64,000 nt of DNA from Eutreptiella sp. 'Long Island Sound 2002' (taxonomy: Eukaryota > Protista > Euglenida): NCBI GenBank assembly GCA_964036045.1, contig OZ038378.1, forward strand, positions 11,408,001-11,472,000, in the 5' to 3' direction. The notes below the pieces were generated by a model. The model was not told the origin of the DNA and did not search any database. It saw only the letters and a list, made by a program, of their open reading frames with translations. The first letter of the stretch is position 1. The number at the start of each line of letters is the position of its first letter. Both the position numbers and the translations under genes were made by a program. This document shows positions 1 through 10,703 of this stretch, piece by piece.

Positions 1-36
1 CGCTGATGGGCGCCCTCCGGACTCACTCCAGGCTCA

Positions 37-429
37 GTGCCTTGCCAGACCCGGCACAGCCGCCACGCGCCTTGCACCTACTGTTGCGTCCATCACTGTC
101 TGCCAGAAAGCTGGGACGCCAGCCCGATGAACAGGGAGAACTACCGGGCGGTCGTGCTCACGCTCACGACCCACCTCCCCTACTTCTTCGGCTGGTTTGT
201 GGGAGACGCCGAATGGGCCATGGGGATGGTCCGGAGTGTCCACGGCCACGAGTGGGGACAATTCCTCCGCCGCAGCGGCGGCCTTCCGGTGTCCCTGATG
301 GACATCGGTCGTATCTTCGTACGCCACTGCAGCCTCCGGACTTCCTTCGGCGAGCCACCACGACCGCTGCGCTCCCGGCGCTGCAATCCGATGCATTGGA
401 GAGTGCCCGCAGAGCGATACGGGCAGTGA
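37..429 (+). CDS. Probable terminal exon of a hypothetical protein-coding gene entering from the left edge
   Basis: Frame +1 is open to TGA at 427-429 with strongly GC3-biased codons (…NRENYRAVVLTLTTHLPYFFGWFVGDAEWAMGMVRSVHGHEWGQFLRR…). Candidate acceptors CTCAG and GCCAG lie at about 32-47. No family was recognised. Confidence 0.4.
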   Translation: MPCQTRHSRHAPCTYCCVHHCLPESWDASPMNRENYRAVVLTLTTHLPYFFGWFVGDAEWAMGMVRSVHGHEWGQFLRRSGGLPVSLMDIGRIFVRHCSLRTSFGEPPRPLRSRRCNPMHWRVPAERYGQ

Positions 430-2211
430 GCCCGTGCCCGTGGTCTGATTTGCAAAACCAGCCGGCGCGCAGCCCCGGGCGGCCGGCGCGGTACGGCCCC
501 CGGCCCGCCTGCCCCGTGCACCACGCAGATGCCGTGCAACATGTCGGACGCGTGCGCGGCCCCCGCAGGTCTGTGGGGAGGAGCGGGCGGGCGTTGATGC
601 TGCGGGGCTGTGTCGTGGTCATGGGAGGCGACGGAGTCTACTTTGGGTCCCTGGGACGTGTAGTCCCGGCCGTGCCACGGGCCACCCCACGCCCAACGTC
701 CGTCGTCTGCCTTTTTTGCGGAAGCGTTTCCATTGGCCCACGAGAGCGCGCGGCCACTTTACGCGGGTGTCGAAGGTCCCCCGGACACTTTCACGCCGGC
801 CTCTACCACCGGCGCGATCCGGCTCGTCAATAGCGGGCGTGGCCCTTGCCGCGGTACGTGAGCAATGCGACGGTGGGCCTGCGGTCCTGTGCCTCAAGAG
901 CGTGTCTAATGCGCTTTGCATGAGAACGACGGGCCGGTGCGCCAGCGGTTTGGTCGCCGGGCCCGTTTCGGGGACGGGGGATTGGGTGGTATCACGAAGG
1001 CAGAAGGACGGGGGCGTGGTGAAGTGGTGGCCGCTGGATGGGGGGGGTCTGAGAAGGAGGGGCCCCTGAACGTGCCTCTGCCAGCGCTGGCGGGGGGGGG
1101 GGGGGCGGACGCCAGGGGAGGTGGCGAGGAGACGGGACGCACTGCTGTACGAGCGCTGTTTCACAGGGGCTGGCAGGTGTGCCGCGCAGTACAACCGCTG
1201 TCCAGGGCCATGTCTGTTTTGTGACCTGCTTCTGTGGAGTGAGGCCCTTTCTGTGTACCGGGAGGGGGGGGGGGGGGCGTTTTTGTGGGTCAAAGTGCAA
1301 TGTCAGCCACGCTCACCACTGCCGCCTCGCTGCCCTTGTGGTGCCCTGTGCCGGCAGGGCAGGGCTCACATGCGGTCATTCCAATGACCCATGAAGTTCA
1401 GAGGGCGCTCTCCACCACATCTGATGTGGGAACTGCCACACGGCCCACGGGGTTCCGCATCACCAAGTCTAACACCGCAGGAGAACCCCGTGCGAGGGGG
1501 GGGGGGGGCTGGGGGACTTGCGCGTGTTGCCATCGCGGCCGTTGCTTTGAAACTGCGCAGCCTTGACCGTCGGACTTCCAACTGCCCGTCTGACTGGTCC
1601 TCCTGCACGGTCCCCGCCGTACCGGTGCAGCACGTCCCCTGAAGCGCACGTTGGAGAACGCCGAAGCAAAGTGGAGGCCAATGGGGTTCAGGACGCCCCA
1701 ACACCTCCACCCCAGCCTGGTGCATGGCGGTCATCGCCTGCAGTGCTTGCCACCGGGCCTCCGCAGTGGAGGTCGATGGACGGTCGGCCGGCTGCTCCAC
1801 CATGTCGATCCTGGAGTGGCAAGCCGGTCCGCGTGGATGGACGTTAAATGATGAAGGCAAAACCATTCGGGGCTCCGTGGGCCCTACGGTCTGCTACACC
1901 CTGCCGTCGCCCAGACGTGAAAGAGGGTAGGGCAGCACCCCGGTTTGGCGCGCTTTGTGGGAATTCCTGCACCGCGCGGACCCCCAGAAGCAGATTGGGC
2001 ACGCCCGACCGTAGGCGCAGAGTGCCATGACGATTGAGAGCTGAATGCAAAAGCGCTCTTGCTCTGCGACGTTGCTGATCATAGTGTACCGCACGCTACA
2101 GCCCTCAGGCTGAACGACACAAGCAGCAGGATGGGGGGGGGGGGGGGATGCCAAATCGCCCCTTCAAGCCGCGGCTTGGGTTGGTGACAAGGGCCAATGG
2201 TCACCCAGTGG

Positions 2212-2769
2212 TTATGAAGAAGCTGACGACTCAGCGGAGGACGAGGAGGACGAGGAGGACGAGGAGGACGAGGAGGACGAGGAGGACGAGGAACGGGATC
2301 GACTGCGATGCCTCTTCTGCCTTTTACTTTTCTTGGACTTCTTCTTCTTGTGCTTCTTCTTCTTCTTCTTAGCACTGTCCGCTTTCTTGTGGCTGCGCTT
2401 CTTCCGCTTCTTCAGCTTCCGCCGCTTCCGTGCCCTGTCGCCACCGTCAGACTCCCCGTCCGAGGGCAGTGTCGGAAACACGCCGGCCTCCTTCCGCTTC
2501 TCCTCCAGCCGCTTGGCCACCTTCTGCAGCCGCCGCTCGCGCTCGGCATCCAGGCGCTCCCGGTGCTGCGTATTGAGGGTGCTCTCCCATTCGTCGTCTG
2601 CGGAGTGGGCGAGCTCCTTCTGCTTCAGCTTCTGGAAGGTCTCATTCCACGAGGGCCGGTTGGGGTCATTGAACACATCGGACACGGTGCGCCCCGAGTC
2701 CGACGGTGCGGACCGTCGCACTGGCATCCACTCCATGCCCTGAGGCTTGAAGCCGCGGTTCTTGCCCAT
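2212..2769 (-). CDS. FAM133: FAM133-like Lys/Arg/Ser-rich protein (185 aa, intronless)
   Basis: The N-terminus MGKNRGFKPQGMEWMPVRRSAPSDSGRTVSDVFNDPNRPSWNETFQKLKQKE resembles the FAM133 motif (MGK…GPTIQDYLNRPRPTWEEVK). It is followed by a charged coiled-coil stretch, poly-Lys runs, RSRS and a poly-Ser tail. A CAG acceptor lies 4 nt upstream of the ATG at 2769. Confidence 0.75.
   Translation of the reverse strand: MGKNRGFKPQGMEWMPVRRSAPSDSGRTVSDVFNDPNRPSWNETFQKLKQKELAHSADDEWESTLNTQHRERLDAERERRLQKVAKRLEEKRKEAGVFPTLPSDGESDGGDRARKRRKLKKRKKRSHKKADSAKKKKKKHKKKKSKKSKRQKRHRSRSRSSSSSSSSSSSSSSSSSSSAESSASS
2237..2292. repeat. (GAGGAGGAC)n coding microsatellite encoding the poly-Ser tail of the FAM133-like protein
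   Basis: About 6 direct tandem copies of a 9-nt unit, read as TCG/TCC Ser codons on the minus strand. Confidence 0.9.
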
Positions 2770-3994
2770 GATGCTGCAGCAATGCGCGGAGGCAATGCAC
2801 ACCCAACACCCCACTAGATCCCGGAGTGCGCGTCCGCACATGAAGATACAATTCACACTCGAAGGGCTATGAGTGCTCGCAGGAGTGATGGTAAACAGCA
2901 GATGCACATCACCCATTTCTGAGGCAATGTTGCGGCATCCCCATACCGCCTAAAGATGAATTTTTGTCTTGGATTTTTTATCAAATGGGCTCAACATGCC
3001 CATGCCTTCATTATCATGATCTAATTCAGCACCCTTGCTTCCCCTTATCCCCCCCACCGAGGCACGATGCCCCACCCCCACCCCGAGATGGACAACATGG
3101 CAGAACAAAGACTTATGGGCCCATACTGTGCGCAATTCATGGCCAATCACTTGCTTGCTATGGGTTGCCAAAGGGTTTGGGATACACGCTGAGATGCATA
3201 GATGCTGATGGTGTGATGCACATGATGCAAACAAGCAGAATTCTCAATGCACTGTGTCCAAGCATCAGTTTTCGGGCTGCCACAACAACTGAACAGGAAC
3301 AGTGTAAAACTTCCTCTTACGGTTGCACAGAGTCTTGGACTGTTCCCCATTTGCTTTGGGTGCAGGTTTGGGCACTGTTGGTGCCACCAGCTTTTTTGGG
3401 ATCATTTTTCCTACAGGATGTCCGGGGTAAAGTACAACTTGTCCCCACAGGTGTGGCCTAACCCCTAGGACGACCACAGAGGGAATGAGGGTGTCCTCAG
3501 GAAGAATGATCAGGCTTCTGTTCCCCTTCCTCCGAATTTCCGGTGTGTAATGTGCCTAGCACACATGCCGTGCCCCGTGTGCCGCCCAACCGCATTTGGG
3601 CCTCTCTCTCCGGTGGTCAAGCAGCGCTCAACACTGGCGACGCTAAGTCTGCGGGTTGGTGACTCCAAGCACCCCTGTGGGAGTGCCACTACTCACATTC
3701 GTATCATCACTGCCCCTTTATGGTTTCCACTCCACAGCGGACGTCAGCAGGCCTCACATGCACCCCGGCGGTCAGTGACCAAAGCAGGGGAGGGCATAAC
3801 ACAGAATGCCCCGCAGCCCGGCTCTGAAGGCCAGAGGTTTGCCGCTTGACTTGAAATCAATAGTAGACCAACATTTTGGCCCCCCACAGAGGGCATGAAA
3901 GCATGAGAACCTGTTCATGTAGTGCACACACACTGCAAAATTCTATTGCCTTCGGCAAGTCCACCTCGCATAGAATCTACCCCAAGCAACACAC

Positions 3995-5590
3995 ACCCAA
4001 AATAGGGTAAAAACTACATAAATCCGGGCTAAAACATGCTTTACATATCTTGGATGGTCATTTTAGGAGATCCCAATATCAAAAAAAGAAGTTTCGGAAA
4101 CTTCGATTTTTGAGCTGGATAGGCTGAAAAATTGCATAAGGTTGTGTACCAATCCCGTTTGACCCCCCCCCCCCCCGCACCCAATACCCAATACCTAAAT
4201 AGGGTGAAAAACACGTAAATTCGGCCTAAAACATGCTTTATGTACCTTGGATGGTCACTTTAGGGGATCACAATATCAAAAAAATAACAATATCAGAAAA
4301 CTTCGATTTTTCAGCTGTGCAAGGTGAAAAACTGCATACGCAGGTTGTGCACCGGCCCATTCACTCATGTAAGCCATTATTGGTGGAAACAGTCATTTGG
4401 CGTCTTTGGCACGGGTTTTGACCGGCCGTCGGCAAGGCTACACACTGCAAAAAATGTCTTTTCATATCCTAGTAGGCATATACTATCACAACATCCCCAC
4501 TCACACCCCTCACAGTGGGTAGCACGGGGTCACCGAGGTCACCAAAACCGCCAACATAGCAAGCTGAAAACTGCATAAACTGAATTAGCATTCGTCCCAC
4601 TCCGCCCCATATAAACCCCATGGAGTCGGGACCTGGAAACGCTTTTTCGGCTCAAAATCGAAAAAAACCAAAAGATTCATGATTTTCTCAACCCAGAAAA
4701 AGGGGGGGTCATTTGTTGACCCCCACCCCAGCCCCCCCCTCCCTCAAAAGCTCCAAAAAGTGGGGGGGGTCTAGGGGGGCCCGCACCAGAAACTCATTGG
4801 GGGATGCGTTTGTCGGACAAAATAATAATTTTACAAGGGTTAGGGTTACAAACAACGATTCAACCCCTTGAGGTAGGGTACACGAATAGCCCCAAAAAGG
4901 CCCAAAAGGGGGGGGGTATGTGGCGTTTTCCCCTATATACGGGCCTGCGTGGCTTTGATCTAACAACCTCTGCGAGGTGATTTGGGGCTTTCAGAGGGCC
5001 CATGGCACGGGCTACATAGGCCTAGCGGCCACTACGTGGGTCCCCATGGGTGCTCAAGTACTGTATTGTCACCAAATGATCACCCAAACCCATCATAGGG
5101 GCAACGGAAGGGTTTCATGAAAAACCGAATTTTAAAAAACTTTCACGTGCCACGAAACAGCCTATCCAGTGTGAAAACGGCTGTCCTCACTGGCAAGGGG
5201 CCATATAGGGGGGGCCAACCGGGGGTACCCGGAGTTGGGACTGGGACCCCCGCCATGGGTTAGGGGGTCCATATACAAGAAAAAAGTTCTTCAAGACCCA
5301 GGTCCAAATGCACACACAGCGGCCACAATACGCAAAGAAGTTTTGACCCCCCCACCACCACCCCCCTCACCCCAAAAAAGGGGTACCCGGGTGCGGGGGG
5401 GTACGGGGGTCAAAATACAAAAAATCATCGGGGGATCATTTTTGGTCCTAAATGATGATTTTACAAGGGGTTAGACGTCAAAAACCATACATTGGGGTAT
5501 GCTACGCGAACGACCCCAAAAAGGGGGGGGTATACGACGCTCACGCCTGCGCTTGATCTAACAACCTCTCTTCGAGGTGATTTTCCATGT
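3995..5590. repeat. Non-coding repeat block with internal direct duplications (MITE-like or non-autonomous element cluster)
   Basis: A block of about 145 bp (AAATAGGGT…AAAACATGCTTTA…TTGGATGGTCA…AAACTTCGATTTTT) occurs at about 4000 and about 4197. A second block (ATTTTACAAGGG…TTGATCTAACAACCTCT…GAGGTGATTT) occurs at about 4825-4985 and about 5455-5585. Confidence 0.45.
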
Positions 5591-6194
5591 CGGCAACCAC
5601 GTGGACCATAGTTTTGGCCCTTTCCCACAAGTTGCTACCCATTTACATTGATGCCCCATCCACTGCAGAAATCCTTTGTCTTTTGCACTTGTGTTGGCAA
5701 TGATCCTAGCTCAACCGACTAAGAGGAGCCCAAACCCTCATGTGTGTCAAAAAATCAGTGCTCACAAAGCCACCATGTCTATGTTTGGAGCTTTGAGATG
5801 TTTGCCTTGCACATCGATGATGAAGGAAGGGAATGCCATTCACGGAGTTCGCATGCAGTGCAAAGTTTTGTGTGTTGGCAACTACTCAACCCTACTTTTG
5901 CCCCTTTCCCACAATTTAACAGGTTTTTTGGGTCGTAAAATGATCTTAATTCTATTGATGACATGCATTTCATCGGAATTCGTGTGATGATGAATATGCA
6001 ATGTGTGTTTGTTCAAGGTTGAGGGGTTCAGCCCATGTAGTGTACAGGCAATGGCTCTGCAACTATGTTACTTCCTCCCCACCCCTTCACCCCTTCTGCT
6101 TCCTCGTAGATGGAGGAACCAGCCGATGACGAGTACAATCATTTCTCTCTGCTTTGAAGTTTGTGTTTGGCATTATTGTCACCTTACAATCAAA

Positions 6195-6300
6195 ATACCC
6201 ATCCTTCCCCAATTTGTGACACACTACATTGATAGCATGCCCATATGCTTGGTGGATCTTTGTATGATGTGATATTTGATCCCAAGTACATCGGCAACAC
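6195..6300 (+). pseudogene. Small fragment of the Harbinger/PIF-like transposase (first catalytic Asp region)
   Basis: PQFVTHYIDSMPI…(frameshift)…IFDPKY matches PFFMTHFIDSMPIS…WNPKY in the copy at about 52800. Confidence 0.55.
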
Positions 6301-6509
6301 CCAACAAGAATGTACATGTGCGCATGCCTTCTATTGTGCAAAAGGGGAGGGGGTGGCGGACGCTGTGCAGTCCGCGTGGGCTGCAACTGCTAGTGCGGGT
6401 TGTTGTGTTTCCCACGGCTAGGGGATGGGGGTGGGGGCATGGCGACTGTCAATCACGGTTGTCTCTGTCTTTTGTAGCCCCCCCCCCCCATATCCATCCC
6501 CCCCCTGAT

Positions 6510-6950
6510 CATCGTAGCATTGGCTCAGGAACTTGGTTCCGAGAGGAAGTCTCAGGTACCATATGGTGTGCACGGTACGCCGGCTCATCTTGGTGTGGAC
6601 CAGAAAGAGAGGGGTTGTCTCCCATTGCTTAACCTGGTTTCAGACTCAACAAATCCTCACTGCGTGTCAAATCCGCTGCCACCGTCATTTGTGGGAGCAT
6701 CGTAGCATTGGACGGCTCAGAAACTTGATTCCAAGACGTTGTCTCACGTACCATATGATGCATAGGGTAACCGCGCTCTTTCTGGTTCACATCTTGGTGT
6801 GAACCAGAAAGAGCGTGGTAGTCTCCATTTCCATGACCTGATTTCAGACCCAGCTAATCCTTACTGCGTGTCAGATCCGTTGCCACAGTCATTTGTGGGA
6901 TCATTGTAGCATTCGACAGCTCAGAACCTTGCTCCCGAGAGGTACTTGCC
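6510..6950. repeat. Tandem repeat of about 190-200 bp (about 2.3 diverged copies)
   Basis: Units start at 6510, 6698 and 6902 (CATCGTAGCATT…CATCTTGGTGTG…CCAGAAAGAG…TTTCAGAC…CTGCGTGTCA…GTCATTTGTGGGA). Confidence 0.85.
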
Positions 6951-7612
6951 CACGAGTGTTCATTGGTTCACTGGGGGGGCCTAGTGTTCTGCCACTGCCC
7001 ACAATGGTGCAGGGTGCTTCGGGCCAGGCGCTGCCGGCCGACATTGGTGCACCGGGGGGGGGGGGGGGCAGTATTGTCATTGCCCACCGTCTGGAGGGGT
7101 CCTGTGCTCTGTTGCGGTCCTCCGAGGCACCGCAGGTGGGCCTGCGGTGCTGTCACTGCCCATCAGACGCCAGTTGCGGCTTGGCCTAGGACGGTGAAGC
7201 AATCAGAGTCATGGGCCCTCAATTTGGGCTTCATGGCCTGTGTCCTGAGGATGCGGCCCGCGGAATGCTTCCTCTCCATCCATCCATCCATCCATCCCCC
7301 CCCCCTTGGGACGACAGATAGCCCGCACCCCAGGGGGGACGGTCACCAAATGACGGTTCCCCCCACCCCCCCCCGGGGGGGACGAACTCAAGTTTTTCTT
7401 CGGCGCCTTCAGCGCCTGCTATTTCCTATTGATTTCTTTTTGTTCATGGGCCAAGTGATGCCCCCCCCCCACTCTAGGGGGGGGGGGGTGGACAGGGAGC
7501 GGGGGGGGGGGCGGCTGGACAAGAGGGGGGGATTCACCATTGATTTAGAGTCTGCCGTGACAGAATATGAATTTTAGGACCTCGCAACCAATTGAGGCCT
7601 TTGGGGGAATCC

Positions 7613-7925
7613 TTGCACTGTGTGCGCACTGCGTGCTACTTTTAGACTATGTTCCCCCCGAAGAGCCCCCAGGCACACCCCTTGGAAACGCCCTTACAAT
7701 TAGGTGACCCAAACTGCCCCAGCTCAAGAAAGTTGCAAACATCTTCTCTACCATATTTTCCGGTGGATAGGCAAGTATTTCAAGGCGTTGTGTCCTAGTT
7801 TGCACAAATTTCAACATACAAAGGCCCAATTTAGGGCCATATCTTTGCAAAAGTGCAAAAAAAAACCAAAGAAATTTGGTAGGAGATAAAGGGGGCGCCT
7901 TAAGCGCAGTGTGCGCGCAGTGCAA
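7613..7925. mobile_element. MITE-like element with 21-bp imperfect inverted repeats
   Basis: TTGCACTGTGTGCGCACTGCG (7613-7633) matches the reverse complement of 7905-7925 (TTGCACTGCGCGCACACTGCG) at 18/21 positions. Confidence 0.45.
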
Positions 7926-8259
7926 ATATTTGGGCGTCTGGCCGTACTGGAGACCCATGCTTTGAGATACTAGGGGCATCATTGTTGCCCCGTTGCGTAG
8001 ATTTTGATGCTTTTTCCACATTGGGGATATGGCATTTTTGGATTTCCACCCAATTTCACCCATTTCCACCCTTTTTGACACTTTTTTGCTCATCTCCACC
8101 ACATCGACTCTTTTCTAGGAGGGAGCGTTAGGCGCGCGCAGGGCATGTTTTTTGGCTATTTCCAATCCCTACCCCTATGTGATCCCTGAGAAGGCGGCAG
8201 TTATGAGGGGTGATATAGCCAACCTTCCGGTGCTATTGAGGAAACCGGGCCAATTAGCC

Positions 8260-8455
8260 AATCCGCGCTTTGTTGCGTGGCCCCTTGAGTTGGGGTTAGG
8301 GACTCGCAATCCACGCTTTGTTGCGTGGCCCCTTGAGTTGGGGTTAGGGACTCTCAATCCACGCTTTGTTGTGTGGCCCCTTGAGTTGAGGTTAGGGACT
8401 CTCAATCCACGCTTTGTTGCGTGGCCCCTTGAGTTGGGGTTAGGGACTCTCAATT
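8260..8455. repeat. 48-bp minisatellite x4 (variant of the 41-bp family at 42-43.6 kb)
   Basis: Units start at 8260, 8308, 8356 and 8404: AATCCACGCTTTGTTGCGTGGCCCCTTGAGTTGGGGTTAGGGACTCTC. Confidence 0.95.
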
Positions 8456-8486
8456 CAGTCTTGGTTACATCGTTTGGATTTGTCTG

Positions 8487-9031
8487 TTGACCCCCGGGAC
8501 ATTGGCGGATGTTCTCATTTGGGATCGCGAAGGGCCAAAAAGGAGCAAGGGGCATTGTATGGATTATGAGATTGGCTCCATGGATGGTGCATACAAGGGG
8601 CGCCTCCATGTGGCATGGCCATTTATCGGTCGAAAGACGTTGACCGAGCGACAAAAGGAGTACAATGATGTTCATGGTTTCTATAGGGCACGTATTGAGC
8701 CTTTGTTTGCACGCATGTGGCACTGGAGCATTGTAAGGAACATATGGAGGGGATCCGGTACCGAGTTGCATGAGTACGTGCGTGTACTCTTGCAGTTGCG
8801 GCAATTTTGATTCGAAGACATGTACAATACCCTCCATATGGTCCGTGTGAACACGTACCTGCACATGTATGGACCGCACCTACACAGGAGGACAATGATG
8901 ATGAGGATGTTGTGGGTGATGATGGGGATGTATGTGCCCTTTGTTGCACCAAGTCTGACCTTGAAAAGCTGTCCATGTGTGACAAGTGTGAACTGCAATA
9001 TTGTACGGATTGCATTGACACACACACGTGA
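8487..9031 (+). pseudogene. Harbinger/PIF (DDE_Tnp_4-like) transposase C-terminal half with Cys/His tail, frameshifted
   Basis: Motifs DGAYKG, YNDVHGFYRARIEPLF and IVRNIWRG are present. A frameshift near 8808 leads into IRRHVQYPPYGP…CALCC…CDKCELQYCTDCIDTH. Confidence 0.8.
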
Positions 9032-9819
9032 CAATGTGACATTTCTTTAATTATGCAATTGTGTCATGTTGTGCACACAAGTTGCGTATTCTCAATTTGT
9101 ACTTAGTTGACAATGGAACAAAAAGACAGTTGTGTGTTGTTGAGGGTGGTGACCAAGGCGTTGTTCATGGGTTTATCAGTTGTGCATGATGTGTGTTATG
9201 TGAAGCCGAAAAAAGGCTGGAAATTGCGAGAAACAAATTGAGACCTATGGAAGGCATCTGGTGAGACGAAGGTCTTGCCATGGGTCAAGTGTCCAAACAT
9301 GGGGTGCTCGATCGACATGCAGAAAATTTAGTTTCTTGGGGTGTTTTGTACCCCTAGCATGCCATGAAGGCTTAAATCTGCCATCTCTATGTCTCTCGGC
9401 CCTCTCCCAAAGCACGCCATAAAATTGTCGGCCTACCCGCCATATCAGTCCCCAAACCATTCATGCAGTGCTGTGGGACTTTGGGAGACTGCACTGGGAA
9501 AGCACGAAAGGCTTTATGTAGAACCATACTTGAGAAAATGGCTTTTGGTGCATGAAATGTTTAAAGAGACTCTGCATAAAACTACCCGCAAGGGGTTCAG
9601 TTCCTTTGGACTTGGCAAGAAAGCTTAGCGCATACACAAGCCACGCAAACAGAGCACACAGCACAGCGCCAAATCTGCCAATTCCAATCGCAACGTGGAA
9701 ACAATTTTGTTCCCACAAACGTGTGAATCAAAAAGTGGGGTGCCGAGGCGACAACCAAGATGCACTTGGGCTGCCATGCATTTTCACCCTGTGTGCACTT
9801 GCAGTATCCTATCAGTGCA

Positions 9820-10030
9820 GACAAACAATCGGACGGGCCAACAAACAGACAGACAGGCGGACACACGAATCAGAAAACAGGACGGGAGGCACAAAGACAA
9901 CCAGACAGAGAGATAGAAATACGGAAAGAGGGGTGGGACACATGGACACACTGACAGACAGACAGACAGACAAACAGATAGATAGACAAACAGGCAGACA
10001 GGCAGGGAGGTAGACAGGCAGACAGATTTG
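9820..10030. repeat. Degenerate (GACA)n microsatellite
   Basis: Runs of AGAC/AGAT/AGGC tetramers, purest at 9950-10025. Confidence 0.85.
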
Positions 10031-10290
10031 CAGAGAATTCACACGCCTAGGATCTAGAACCTACAAATGTTCGACTTGGAAACCCTTCTTGCGATGATAC
10101 ACTATGTGGAACAATTGTGCATGCTCATCACTTGAAGATGCCTTTGAAGATGCCTTTGCCCGAGGTTTAGGGGCTGGTTTGGGCTTAGGCAACTTCAAAT
10201 TCTTGGGAATGAAATTGCCTTGCATGTGGTCTCTTGTTGTCGGTTGCACTACAGTTGGTACCGAATCAAATTAGGTACGGAAATAATACG

Positions 10291-10703
10291 GTCCCTACAC
10301 CTGCTGTAGCTTAGACAAGGCCGTAGCTGAGACAAGGGGGGTGGGGATACAAGTTTTTTCTCTCAGGAGATTGCTCATGAGTGTCATCGTGGATCGTTGC
10401 CTCAAATGGCTGAGGGAGACCCCCCCCCCCTTGTATAAGCTGCGCCAGTGTACACAATTATTATGGTCCCTAAGCCTACTGTAGCTTGGACAAGGGCGTG
10501 GCTTGTGCGCAACACATACAACTGCCGACACACACGTGCGTGCAGTATGACTCACAACAAAGGTGTCCATGACTCTATGTGATTGGCAATGTGACGACAA
10601 ACCCATGTCTTATGTGGCCGCACTACATTTCGTACGTAATCAAAGTACGTAAACAAGTGTTACAGTCCCTACGCCTACTGTAGTTTGGACAAGGGCGTGG
10701 CTT
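10291..10703. repeat. Three spaced copies of a direct repeat of about 39 bp
   Basis: GTCCCTACGCCTACTGTAGYTTGGACAAGGGCGTGGCTT-like copies at 10291, 10466 and 10665, separated by about 135-160 nt of unrelated sequence. Confidence 0.8.

Larger units (their letters stand above)
7990..9035 (+). mobile_element. Internally deleted derivative of the Harbinger/PIF-like element seen at 51812-54235
   Basis: 7990-8110 resembles the subterminal region at 54130-54020 (minus). GGAGGGAGCGTTAGGCGCG at 8118 resembles the TIR. 8165-8220 resembles the 53-bp subterminal repeat. The transposase C-terminal half follows. Confidence 0.65.

Noticed and set aside
1894-1896. Stop-codon reassignment as the explanation for in-frame stops here and at 9461-9463
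   Set aside because: The well-supported genes contain no in-frame stops across about 2300 codons and end at TAA or TGA. The interrupted frames are better explained as decayed elements.
8290-8450. Telomeric repeat (TTAGGG) in the minisatellite unit
   Set aside because: Only one hexamer occurs per unit and most 41-bp copies read GGGGTTAAGG, so there is no tandem telomeric tract.
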